Positions 1 to 32,325 of a stretch of DNA of 64,000 nucleotides are shown one piece after another. Position 1 is the first letter of the stretch; each line of letters opens with the position of its first letter. Where the stretch lies: NCBI GenBank assembly GCA_002269645.1, contig NIVC01001604.1, forward strand, positions 186,001 through 250,000. The letters run 5' to 3'. The DNA comes from Macrostomum lignano (taxonomy: Eukaryota). A program made the position numbers and the translations under genes. Below the pieces are notes generated by a model that saw nothing but the letters and a program-made list of their open reading frames with translations, was not told the origin of the DNA and ran no database searches.

Positions 1-130
1 CCCAAAGGGGATCATTAGGGACCCAAAGGGGATCATTAGGGACCCAAAGGGGATCATTATGGACCCGGAGGGAATCATTAGGGACCCAGAGGGGATCACT
101 AGGGGCCCGGAGGGGATCATTAGGGGCACC
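1..130. repeat. About 22-bp minisatellite
   Basis: cccaaaggggatcattagggac-like units. Confidence 0.8.
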
Positions 131-293
131 TGTGGGGAGCATGAGGGATTCCATCAATTATAAAATACCAATAAATCAGAGAAAAAGCCATGTGGTTTGA
201 GAAATGCAGATGCATAAATCAATCTTAAAGGTACTCATAGGGGATTAGGAACTCGATGGGATTAAGGAACAGCAGATTTTGATCTGGACTCGC

Positions 294-1653
294 CTCCTCC
301 GCAAGCACGGCCGGCTTGTTCAGCGCGTGAACGCAGACCTCCAGCACGTAGGCAATCTGGCGCTCCGTGGTCTTCAGGTGCTCGTCCAGATCGATGCGGT
401 AGCAGGGGCCGCTTGTGCGGGAGATCCTGGCCAGCTCGGCCTCCAGCTGGCGGTCTTTCTCTGCCAAAATCTTGGCGCACTCTTGATGATAGGCCAGGCG
501 GGCTCTGAGCATGGCCTGCAGGTCAGAGCAGCATTCGGAGTGAAGGTGGGCGACGCTCATCAGGTTTTCCGAGTACACGTCTCGCTGCCGCCGGAGCTCC
601 GCCACTTTGTCACTCAGATCAGCCCGAAGATCTTCAATTGCCTGCTGCTGCTGCTGCGTCTGCGGCTGCTGCTGCTGCTGCTGAGCGAGGCGCTTCCTGC
701 GGTGAGTGAGTGGGTCGGATTTTTAAATTAAGGATCCTCAAGGTGTCCGGAGCTGAGTGAGGATCCTTAAGGTGTCCGGAGCTGAGTGAGGATCATCAAG
801 GTGTCCGAAGCTGTGAGGATCCTCAAGGTGTCCGGAGCTGTTTGAGGATCTTCAGGGTGTCCGGAGCTGTCTGAGGATCTTCAGGGTGTCCGGAGCTGTG
901 AGGATCTTCAGGGTGTCCGGACCTGTCTGAGGATCTTCAGGGTGTCCGGAGCTGTGTGAGGATCTTCAGGGTGCCCGGAGCTGTGTGAGGATCTTCAGGG
1001 TGCCCGGAGCTGTGTGAGGATCTTCAGGGTGTCCGGAGCTGTCTGAGGATCTTCAGGGTGTCCGGAGCTGACTGAGGATCTTCAGGGTGTCCGGAGCTGA
1101 CTGAGGATCTTCAGGGTGTCCGGACCTGTCTGAGGATCTTCAGGGTGTCCAGAGCAGTTTTCTTTCAAAGGTGGGCTTCAATAAGAATACCAAAGGAGGG
1201 CTGAGGCGGTGGGTATTTATAGTGTGCGGGATGACATGAGCAGCAACGAACTTCGTCTTAGCCAGATCCTCGGTCAGTTTATTGATGTCGCGCTTCTGTT
1301 TTGAAACCGCTTTGAGCGTGTTCTCGCGCGGCTTGAATTTATCCCTGGTGACGGCGGTGAGCTGCTCGTACATGTGAGCCCGGCTGCGCAGCTGTGAGCT
1401 CTCGGTCTCGTACAGCGCCTGCAGCAGGCAGGACAGCTGGGGAGCACCGGCGCCCAGATTATCGCCAGCCAGGCGGAACGCCTCGGCCAACGCCTCGTCG
1501 GGCTTCTGCTTGACGGCGCACTTGTCCAGCCGCTTGCCGATCTTCTCCAAGCCTGTCTGCAGCGGCTCCACCGTTTGCTCCACCTTCTGGCACATGGGCG
1601 GCAACTGATAGTCGTCTACGATGCCAGGCATTGCGCCTTGCTCTGGCTGCAGC
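294..1653 (-). CDS. BAR + RhoGAP protein of the ARHGAP17/ARHGAP44/SH3BP1 family, 5' exons only (1653-1252 and 696-294); gene continues left of the window
   Basis: Exon 1653-1252 (cag acceptor; in-frame ATG at 1631) encodes a BAR-like helical region. A phase-2 intron (AA|GTTCGT at 1251 to cag at 697-699) joins it to exon 696-294, which ends in CYRIDLDEHLKTTERQIAYVLEVCVHAL...LAEE. This matches the family RhoGAP start FGxxLEEHL...IAxxxExCV...EEGLFR. The exact orthologue cannot be assigned. Confidence 0.8.
732..1150. repeat. About 29-bp intronic minisatellite
   Basis: gaggatcttcagggtgtccggagctgtct. Confidence 0.9.
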
Positions 1654-4600
1654 CTGGGTGCAGGAGTGGGTGGTGAGGCTCTGATGTCAAGACAGGAGGA
1701 TTTAAAATTTTAAATCAGGCAACTGAGCCAAATCAAACAAAAAATATCAGTGTCTGAGATGCCAAGGCTCAAGGGGGAGGGGGTTGCTGAAGTGCCAAGA
1801 CAAAGAAAATATACTAAGGCTTGAATCAGAGAAGCTGATATCTCAGGCTAGAAAAATAGTATACTTGATTGAAAGTATTAATAGAAATAAGCTTTTTATC
1901 AAAGTTAAGCATGCAGCATATTAGAGCCTAAAATTATAGCTCAAGAATTTTCAACTATATGAAACAATTTTTATAAAGATGCTTTCTCAGTTACACCAAA
2001 AAGGGGGTTATTGGCACTATTTATTATAGTTGTAGTTTAAATATAAGTTACACTAAAACATATGAATTATAGCATCAATAAAAGCAAACATAGGATTAGA
2101 GACTAGGCCTCATAAAAAAATAAAACAATAGAAGCCTAACTAAAAAGGTACCAACAGAAAGGTACCAAAGCAAAGAAACCAAAAAAGGAAAAATGCAAGA
2201 CTATAAATTAGTAGAGAAGCAGAAATTCAAAAGGCAAAACAAAACAAGATGCAGTGAAAAAGACAAATTTAAACCACATATAAATAAAGCTAATAAATGG
2301 AGTTTAGATAGGCTTTATGATTTATATTTATAGCTTTGCATTTTTAGTAGCTTGTACTATTAATAATTCAAAGTACAAAAGGTGTTAGAAATAAAATGAT
2401 AAATGACTTATTTACCTTTAAAAGGATAGATTTGTGATAGTCAAGTGTAATTTGATTTGACTTTGAATTTTAGTTGCTATGTAAATAATGTCAATGAATC
2501 CAATGATAATACTATTTATATGATACTATGTGTCTATGCAAATAATGAGTGCCACAAAACTAGTTATAATTATAGTCAAAACTAGGGCCTATGCCTAAGT
2601 TGCATAGTAATACAATTTAATTTCAAAGGCTATATAGATAGGACCCATATACATAAAGCTTAGAAAATTAGAAATATCAAATGATCTTATTTTATTATGA
2701 TATATACTTACAATATATATTATAGGCTTATTTTTTATCATAACACAAGGCATATGTTAGGCCTTAATTTTAATATAAAAATGATGTTTACATACTATAC
2801 TAATACTATGTCTATAGACACATACGCTTGTAGGCTATATAAAATAGGTAACAACAAAAACAAGAAGGAGGTCTAACAAGAATTTATTTATTTTTGTATT
2901 AATTAATTTGAAAATAGTTTTGACAATTAAGATTAGGCCTAATATTTTTTAGGCCTAGGCTCTAATAGGCAAATTGGCACTCACCTATTCCACAATGCAT
3001 TTAAAGCATTATTGGCCATTACTAATATTGATATGAAGTTATTTTGTCGTTCTAGTCTGTTATTATCAGTATATACCTATAAAAACTGAATAAAACTCTA
3101 ATTTAAGTCCTAAAATTAGGGGGCCTATAACAACCTCATGGATTCGTAAGTACAGTAGAGTAAACTATGACCTCAAGTAGGCCTAGTAGATTAGTAGGCG
3201 GCTAGGCGGTATAGCCAAGTGCTATCAAAAGAAATAGTACACAGCAGGACCTAGTCGGATTAGAAAAGGCACAGCATCAATGTTTGGATTTTATGGATTT
3301 TAAGAACCATTTGTTCAAGAATCACGATTGTTATAAGGAACAGGCCGCGCACGAAAAGTTTTGTAGACTTTCATGGAAAACTTCAACCACTTTAAAATCA
3401 GGAATTTTAATTTCTTGGCAGGATGACAATATCGTAAAAAACGAGCTCTTTAACTTGTTTACTCGAGGAAGCTTTGCTACTAGTAGTAGTAGAAATTAGC
3501 TTTTGCAAGACAGGCTGTTTAACGAATAGATGATTCGGGTTTTTATTTCTGGCTTTTGAAAATCTTTTTTCTGATTTTTAAATATATTTTTAATCTATTA
3601 ATTTAAATTCTAAGGATATTTTTGCGTTTGAAAAACTAAGCTTTAGACAAACGGCTTAAATTAGTTATACTACTTAGTTAGACTGTTAGCCCAAATGCAC
3701 TTGATTAGATTCTGCTAACGTAAAAACAAGTGACTTACTTAACATTCTAGTGGTCCTTGTGTAAAAAATTGATAAGCATGCACTTTTCAACCATTGTAAG
3801 TTGCGATATGTACATGTACATATAATACATCGAGAAACACTACAAGGGCATACAAGTATACGTTCCTTGCAGGCAATTTGTTTTCGCATTTATTGCATCA
3901 GAAATGCAATAAACCCGTCTCATGCAACTGGAGTTGCATCAGAAATGCAATAAACCCGTATGATGCAACTGGAGTTGCATCAAAAATTGTTCTATGCATA
4001 GGTATGTATGCGCACACAAAAGCTTTCTATTGAACTTAAGTCTCATTTCAGCGATAGAAATAAGGCGGGCCCCTTTTTCGTTATGCTTATCGCGGTGGGA
4101 TGTTAGCGTCGCATACCATTACCCTCCAAGTTGTATCTGCACATGTAAGTATAACACTTCTTATATTAATTGTAACCGTAATGCATAATGCTAAAAACAT
4201 TGAGTGCTCGAGCTGTCTGATCCCAGGCAACTTCGCGTCCTGCATAAAAGTAGATTGAGCGACCGCATTGAGAGGTCAGTACACGAGCCTGAATTCGGCA
4301 GAGAATCCCAAGAGTTCCTTCTCCGTGTTCCAAATTATACATGGATGCATTCAGGTAATTAAAACTATTTTAGAAATGCATATGCTTTTCTTTCTACATG
4401 TATTCAAATAGACTGCAAAACATGCAGACACATGTACCATGTGCATTGTACGCTTACATGTAGTTTAGATGAACAATTTAGCATGAAATTGAGTATAAAA
4501 CTCAAGTGAAAGGTATTTCGAATGAATTTCTTTTAATCTACAGATGTAAACATGATTTTACTATTTCCATCTGCGCTGCCATGTGTCAACGCAGTTGCGT

Positions 4601-5334
4601 TGCGTGTCAGGAAGTTTCACACGTGAACGAACAGGCAGAGGCGCGAGCTAGAAAGCAAATATGCATTACATCTGCATGCAACTAAATGTACAGGCAATAA
4701 TTGAACTGAACCTGCCATACACACAAACCAAAAAAAAGCAAATCATTGAAAAGCTCAAACGTTTAGTTTTCATATGCAATGCATGCAGTAAGTTATATGC
4801 TTACACGTATGTATTTGAGCAGAGACTGCCGTATTGACTTGCAAAGCAAGAAGCTCGAATCCGGGTGGGGTTGCAGTTAGGGTTGAAGTTATTTAAGGAA
4901 TAACATCTAAGTGTAATTAGTACTGCGCCAGGCTTACACGCATCAGTCAGTAGCTCGAATGAAAGCTTCATGTATTCGAAATACAGGATTAGTAAGACAA
5001 AATAATGTTAGATTGATCGCTTCGGCCACTACGGAAGCCACCTGCAGCCGGTCTGTTAGACTAGACCAAATTATTAATAAGTATCTCAATGCGAATAATA
5101 CACTAGACTAAAAGCAGCACTGAAGCTAATTGAAAGCTTTAAAAATGATTTGTTTACAAAAAGCTAACATAACCGATGGAAATAGGGAGATCAAATCGAA
5201 TAAGGAGCGTATTGAGGCACTCGCTACTCTAGAGAACCATGGCAGTGGCAGAAGGCAGTGCTGATTCAGTACGGCAAACTGTGATGCTTTTGAGAAGGGT
5301 ACAGTAGGGGTAGTAGTTCAATTGATTAGGAGTG

Positions 5335-7165
5335 TACACTAGGGGTAGGGATTCAGTTGGTCTGGTGTACAGTGGGGTAGGGAGTGTACATTAGGGGTAG
5401 GGATTCAGTTGATCGGGAGTGTACAGTGGGGGTAGGGGTTCAGTTGATCGGGAGTGTACAGTGGGGGTAGGGATTCAGTTGATCGGGAGTGTACAGTGGG
5501 GGTAGGCGTTCAGTTGATCGGGAGTGTACAGTGGGGGTAGGGGTTCAGTTGATCGGGAGTGTACAGTGGGGGTAGGGGTTCAGTTGATCGGGAGTGTACA
5601 GTGGGGTAGGGGTTCAGTTGATCGGGAGTGTACAGTGGGGTAGGGGTTCAGTTGATCGGGAGTGTACAGTGGGGGTAGGGGTTCAGTTGATCGGGAGTGT
5701 ACAGTGGGGGTAGGCGTTCAGTTGATCGGGAGTGTACAGTGGGGTAGGCGTTCAGTTGATCGGGAGTGTACAGTGGGGGTAGGCGTTCAGTTGATCGGGA
5801 GTGTACAGTGGGGGTAGGGGTTCAGTTGATCGGGAGTGTACAGTGGGGGTAGGGGTTCAGTTGATCGGGAGTGTACAGTGGGGGTAGGCGTTCAGTTGAT
5901 CGGGAGTGTACAGTGGGGGTAGGCGTTCAGTTGATCGGGAGTGTACAGTGGGGGTAGGGTTTCAGTTGATCGGGAGTGTACAGTGGGGGTAGGGGTTCAG
6001 TTGATCGGGAGTGTACAGTGGGGGTAGGGGTTCAGTTGATCGGGAGTGTACAGTGGGGGTAGGCGTTCAGTTGATCGGGAGTGTACAGTGGGGTAGGGGT
6101 TCAGTTGATCGGGAGTGTACAGTGGGGGTAGGGGTTCAGTTGATCGGGAGTGTACAGTGGGGGTAGGGGTTCAGTTGATCGGGAGTGTACAGTGGGGGTA
6201 GGGGTTCAGTTGATCGGGAGTGTACAGTGGGGGTAGGGGTTCAGTTGATCGGGAGTGTACAGTGGGGGTAGGCGTTCAGTTGATCGGGAGTGTACAGTGG
6301 GGGTAGGCGTTCAGTTGATCGGGAGTGTACAGTGGGGGTAGGGGTTCAGTTGATCGGGAGTGTACAGTGGGGTAGGGGTTCAGTTGATCGGGAGTGTACA
6401 GTGGGGGTAGGGATTCAGTTGATCGGGAGTGTACAGTGGGGGTAGGCGTTCAGTTGATCGGGAGTGTACAGTGGGGGTAGGGGTTCAGTTGATCGGGAGT
6501 GTACAGTGGGGGTAGGGGTTCAGTTGATCGGGAGTGTACAGTGGGGTAGGGGTTCAGTTGATCGGGAGTGTACAGTGGGGTAGGGGTTCAGTTGATCGGG
6601 AGTGTACAGTGGGGGTAGGGGTTCAGTTGATCGGGAGTGTACAGTGGGGGTAGGCGTTCAGTTGATCGGGAGTGTACAGTGGGGGTAGGGGTTCAGTTGA
6701 TCGGGAGTGTACAGTGGGGGTAGGGGTTCAGTTGATCGGGAGTGTACAGTGGGGTAGGGGTTCAGTTGATCGGGAGTGTACAGTGGGGTAGGGGTTCAGT
6801 TGATCGGGAGTGTACAGTGGGGGTAGGGGTTCAGTTGATCGGGAGTGTACAGTGGGGGTAGGCGTTCAGTTGATCGGGAGTGTACAGTGGGGGTAGGGTT
6901 TCAGTTGATCGGGAGTGTACAGTGGGGGTAGGGGTTCAGTTGATCGGGAGTGTACAGTGGGGTAGGGGTTCAGTTGATCGGGAGTGTACAGTGGGGGTAG
7001 GCGTTCAGTTGATCGGGAGTGTACAGTGGGGTAGGGGTTCAGTTGATCGGGAGTGTACAGTGGGGGTAGGCGTTCAGTTGATCGGGAGTGTACAGTGGGG
7101 GTAGGGGTTCAGTTGATCGGGAGTGTACAGTGGGGGTAGGGGTTCAGTTGATCGGGAGTGTACAG
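5335..7165. repeat. 35-bp G-rich minisatellite, about 50 units
   Basis: ttcagttgatcgggagtgtacagtgggggtagggg. Confidence 0.95.
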
Positions 7166-7829
7166 TTGATCACTGAGGGCAGCTACATGTTTACAAACGC
7201 AAGAATGCCCTATCTCAGTCACTGAAATCAAGTACTGTTTCTGACAAAGCCACTAAGCTCAAAGTGATTTGGCGGATAACTCTCATCTGTGACAGCAAAT
7301 TAGCAATCGAGCAGCTAAATTGTTTTGCCTGGCTGCAAAAAAAGTCAAGGCAAAAAAGCTCAGAGATCAAAGCACCGACATACTAAGCACTGGTCCGATC
7401 GAAGAAAGTACATATGACAGCAAGTCAGATGGTGTGAATAATGTGATGGCGCGGATTCTGCACAATAAATAATTGAATAAGCTCATCAGGTAAAAGAAAA
7501 AATAGCACTAAGGCAAAACTCCATCCAAACAATATCCGATATACTAAAAATTTTCGTCACTAGGCTGACAAAAATTGGCGCACAAAAGCTCTGCTTACTA
7601 CTTAGTGCACAGTAGAAGTTGGGCATAAAGTTGAAATTTTACAGAAAGTTTTGTACAAAAATATGCTTCGAATCAGCCAGCTTGCGTGCTCTTGGGCCAA
7701 TGTGCTTTAGCGGCCATCATCTTCGGCCTGCGATTGTCGAACTCCGTTGGCCGCTAATAGAGCGTTTCTCGTGGAATTTTGTTGTAGCTCTGCTGATAAG
7801 GATAACCGAATCCCGGCCAAAAACAAAGA

Positions 7830-8185
7830 CTACAGCCAACAGACCCGATCCCAGCTGCCACCAAATCCTCCAGATAGAAACAAAGACTACAACCCACAGA
7901 GCAGATCTCAGCTGCCAGCAAATCCTCCAGATAGAAACAAAGACTACAGCCCATAGACCCGATCTCAGCTGCCAGCAAATCCTCCAGATGAAAACAAAGA
8001 CTACAACCCACAGACCAGATCTCAGCTGCCAGCAAATCCTCCAGATAGAAACAAAGACTACAGCCCATAGACCCGATCTCAGCTGCCAGCAAATCCTCCA
8101 GATGAAAACAAAGACTACAGCCCACAGACCCGATCTCAGCTGCCAGCAAATCCTCCAGATGAAAACAAAGACTACAGCCAACAGA
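7830..8185. repeat. 57-bp minisatellite just downstream of the PTK7 stop
   Basis: 19-codon period visible in the overlapping spurious ORFs. Confidence 0.9.
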
Positions 8186-8205
8186 TCGCAGTCAAAACAC
8201 AGAGT

Positions 8206-27720
<19,515 letters not shown>

Positions 27721-28549
27721 GTCGGAATCGGCGAGCAGATGGGGACGGCGGGGCCCCAGTTAGAGCATGGGGGAGCTGGACAGGAAAAAGCTATTGGAGC
27801 GAAGTGACGATGCTGTGAGGAAGCGGGGGTGCTCTGCAAGGCATTTGCAGTTATATGCAGAGTGCGCTGACAGAGCATGTGCAAATATCTCTATATATAA
27901 GTAATAAGCACTGCCAACCCAGCCAGGCCAGCCAACCAGCGCCAACCCTTCAGTCTGCGCCGCTTTGGCCCCCCTGCCCGGAGTCCCCAAAGCAGTGCCA
28001 GTAGCAATGGACACCCGCTCTCGCGAAAATGAAACGCGGAAAAGAAAAGCCCCACAGAATTGAACCGCCTTCTTTCTGGTCGTAAATCAAAATCAGGAGC
28101 GAGGGGGACACAGAGGGGGAGTCAGATAGCGGGAGACAGGGGGCGGTGCAGAGCGTGTGAGAGGCAGTAAGTATTATGCTGGAGCCAATGCAGTGCTGAA
28201 GTTTGCCAGCCTTTTTTAACTGACTGCTTTTGTTGAAGACCGCAGTAAAAGCTGCCAGCTAATAAGCATGCCAGGTGACCAGGGCTGAGCAGAGAGATAG
28301 CGGCAACTTCTGAGAGCACTGCGAATTTGAGTAGGCAGCAGCTTCTCTCTCCGCCAGGTATTTTATAAACTCAAATGTTAGGTGAGAAATACAATTGAAA
28401 TTTGTCAACCTCAGTTCGATAGTTGGCACACGTGCTGACAGGTGCGCTGAGTTGGCAGTAAAGTTTATTGTTTAAGCAATAATTTTATTTTTATTTGAAA
28501 GGAAAATTCTCCAAATATTCATCTAGGTTACAACACTGAGGCACAGAGT

Positions 28550-29470
28550 CTCAAACTGGCCTATGACCTAGTGTCAAACCGGCCTATGACCTAGTCTCAG
28601 ACTGGCCTATGACCTAGTGTCAAACTGGCCTATGACCTAGTGTCAAACTGGCCTATGACCTAGTCTCAGACTGGCCTATGACCTAGTCTCGAACTGGCCT
28701 ATGACCTAGTCTCAGACTGGCCTATGACCTAGTCTCAGACTGGCCTATGACCTAGTCTCAGACTGGCCTATGACCTAGTCTCGAACTGGCCTATGACCTA
28801 GTCTCAGACTGGCCTATGTCCTATGACCTAGTCTCAGCTAGTCTCAGACTGGCCTATGACCTAGTCTCAGACTGGCCTATGACCTAGTCTCAGCTAGTCT
28901 CAGACTGGCCTATGACCTAGTCTCAGACTGGCCTATGACCTAGTCTCGAACTGGCCTATGACCTAGTCTCAGACTGGCCTATGACCTAGTCTCGAACTGG
29001 CCTATGACCTAGTCTCAGACTGGCCTATGACCTAGTCTCGAACTGGCCTATGACCTAGTCTCAGACTGGCCTATGACCTAGTCTCGAACTGGCCTATGAC
29101 CTAGTCTCAGACTGGCCTATGACCTAGTCTCGAACTGGCCTATGACCTAGTCTCAGACTGGCCTATGACCTAGTCTCAGCTAGTCTCAGACTGGCCTATG
29201 ACCTAGTCTCAGCTAGTCTCAGACTGGCCTATGACCTAGTCTCGAACTGGCCTATGACCTAGTCTCGAACTGGCCTATGACCTAGTCTCAGACTGGCCTA
29301 TGACCTAGTCTCAGACTGGCCTATGACCTAGTCTCAGCTAGTCTCAGACTGGCCTATGACCTAGTCTCGAACTGGCCTATGACCTAGTCTCAACTGGCCT
29401 TTGACCTAGTCTCGAACTGGCCTATGACCTAGTCTCGAACTGGCCTATGACCTAGTCTCAACTGACCTAT
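28550..29470. repeat. 23-bp minisatellite
   Basis: ctggcctatgacctagtctcaga. Confidence 0.95.
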
Positions 29471-30384
29471 GACCCACCCTCGCTCAAACTCGCCGAAAAG
29501 TAATAAAAAAGTCCACCTCAAACTTGTCGAAGTCTTGGTGATAATCGGACTTCACGCTTGCCATGCCCTAGATACACTACATGCTCTCAGGTGCAAGAGT
29601 GAGAATAAAACCAATACCAAAAGCTTCTATTAATCTTAATTCGTGCTTTATCAAAGCGCAGCAATTTCAAAGCTATTTGCCTTCAGTTCAGATATCAAAA
29701 TCGCCCGAGTGATACTACTGACCAAGGAAAAGTAGCACAGACAGAAAGTCATCGCGTTTCTTCTATGGAGGAGCAAAGTACTCGTAAATATAAGGTCCGA
29801 TGCTGATTAGTTTTCGGTTAAAAAAACAACAGCCAAGCTTCCATAATGTCCAGTCTGCAACAGTTAAAAGTCCGAGTTGCCTCTCGGCCATCAGTCTCGA
29901 ACTCCCCTTCTTGCCCAACAAACAGAACTTTCGCTGATGGCAGGAAAAGGCGGAAAACGGCAGGAAAAAGCTGGTTTCTAATTCCAATACAGAATAGAAA
30001 GCCCGAGTCCAGACAGCCCGGGGGTTCCAGCCAAAAACTGTGCAAAGCGTTGCGGCACTCCATCTTCCTCCGACAGACTTTGACGGCCCGGCACCAGCTG
30101 CATGCTGGCAGTCAGCTTTGGCAGGCGGACAGACAGGCAGACAGCAGACACGGGCAGGCAGATACCCCCCCCCCCCCCCGACAAGCAGCAGGAGCTCGCG
30201 TTGCGCCAGGACTCTCGGAGAAGCTGCTTTCCAGCGTTAGACAGCCCAGCTGGAATTTGCCAGCTTTGACCCACCGGACCTTGGGAAAATGTTATACGCG
30301 ACTTAACAGCAGCAGGAAGGGCAGGTAATCGCCATTCTGATTCTGGCTGGGGGATTTACGAGCTGGCGAGGGAGATAAGTGAAA

Positions 30385-30992
30385 GATGTTAAAAGGGTGA
30401 GATGCGGGAAGATGAGAAGAGATAAAGGGTGAGATGCGGGAAGATGAGAGGAGATAAAGGGTGAGATGCAGGAAGATGAGAGGAGATAAAGGGTGAGATG
30501 CAAGAAGATGAGAGGAGATAAAGGGTGAGATGCAAGAAGATGAGAGGAGATAAAGGGTGAGATGCAGGAAGATGAGAGGAGATAAAGGGTGAGATGCGGG
30601 AAGATGAGAGGAGATAAAGGGTGAGATGCGGGAAGATGAGAGGAGATAAAGGGTGAGATGCGGGAAGATGAGAGGAGATAAAGGGTGAGATGCGGGAAGA
30701 TGAGAGGAGATAAAGGTTGAGATGCGGGAAGATGAGAGGAGATAAAGGGTGAGATGCGGGAAGATGAGAGGAGATAAAGGGTGAGATGCGGGAAGATGAG
30801 AGGAGATAAAGGGTGAGATGCAAGAAGATGAGAGGAGATAAAGGGTGAGATGCAAGAAGATGAGAGGAGATAAAGGGTGAGATGCGGGAAGATGAGAGGA
30901 GATAAAGGGTGAGATGCGGGAAGATGAGAGGAGATAAAGGGTGAGATGCGGGAAGATGAGAGGAGATAAAGGGTGAGATGCGGGAAGATGAG
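30385..30992. repeat. 32-bp minisatellite
   Basis: aagatgagaggagataaagggtgagatgcggg. Confidence 0.95.
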
Positions 30993-31664
30993 ATCGAGCG
31001 GCTAGATGGGTCGTCAAACTTAGCAGAAGCCCCTGAGGCGGCCATGGGAGTGCATCCAACAAAGTAAAGCTGCCAGAGCAGCCAAGCAAGTCGAGAAAAT
31101 GTGTGGCAGCTCCAGACAAATCTGAGTTGATGCCGCAGGCAAGATAAATCGAGCCCTCGAAAGGTTCGCATAGCCGACAGACAGAAGCAATCTAAAGTGA
31201 GCATAATTTGAGCACAGTTCTCAGCCCACAGCCTACAGCACTCATGGGCTGAAGGGGCGACAGTCGGCAAGGAATGATTTATGAGCAATCGACTCCGGAC
31301 ACCGGTTGACAGGCGCACAGATGTCAGGCGGACACGCCGGGTCTATGCTGGATCCCACTGGTCGCCGCACACGCAGGGTCGGTTGGAGATCAGGCCGCAT
31401 AGATACTCGCAGGCCAGGCAGAAGCAAGGGAAAGCAAATTGGGGTTAAACAAACTGTAAATGCATGCGCAGCCCTGACAGCGTGCTTGATCTCATTCTGA
31501 CCGATGCCCGATGATCAATGGGCTCCCATGGGAGAGCGAGGCAGAGAGCGGAAAGAGAAACTCCCTTGCCCCGGCTCACACAAGCAGAACCCGGGCCAAG
31601 GAGTGCGAAAGGACCGGTATTCGCTGCCTCGATACTGTGGCCTTTGAGCACTGAGGATCAGAAA

Positions 31665-32325
31665 GGGGTGAATCTGGGGCGGAGAGCAAATCTCATGGGT
31701 GAATCTGGGGCGGAGAGCAAATCTCATGGGTAAATCTGGGGCGGAGAGCAAATCTCATGGGTGAATCCGGAGCGGAGAGCAAACCTCATTGGTGAATCTG
31801 GAGCGGAGAGCAAATCTCATGGGTGAATCTGGAGCGGAGAGCAAATCTCATGGGTGAATCCGGTGCGGAGAGCAAATCTCATTGGTGAATCTGGAGCGGA
31901 GAGCAAATCTCATGGGTGAATCTGGAGCGGAGAGCAAACCTCATTGGTGAATCTGGAGCGGAGAGCAAATCTCATGGGTGAATCTGGAGCGGAGAGCAAA
32001 TCTCATGGGTGAATCCGGTGCGGAGAGCAAATCTCATTGGTGAATCTGGAGCGGAGAGCAAATCTCATGGGTGAATCTGGAGCGGAGAGCAAACCTCATT
32101 GGTGAATCCGGAGCGGAGAGCAAATCTCATGGGTGAATCTGGGGCGGAGAGCAAATCTCATGGGTGAATCTGGGGCGGAGAGCAAATCTCATGGGTAAAT
32201 CTGGGGCGGAAAGCAAATCTCATGGGTGAATCTGGAGCGGAGAGCAAATCTCATGGGTGAATCTGGGGCGGAGAGCAAATCTCATGGGTGAATCTGGAGC
32301 GGAGAGAAAATCTCATGGGTGAACC
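31665..32325. repeat. 31-bp minisatellite
   Basis: ggagcggagagcaaatctcatgggtgaatct. Confidence 0.95.

Noticed and set aside
1700-3650. Very AT-rich block with a short ORF at 3284-3499
   Set aside because: No recognisable protein motif, TIR or TSD.
5335-7165. CRISPR-like appearance of regular arrays (also 56315-57632 and 62781-63292)
   Set aside because: Head-to-tail repeats with no unique spacers, no cas genes, and a eukaryotic context.
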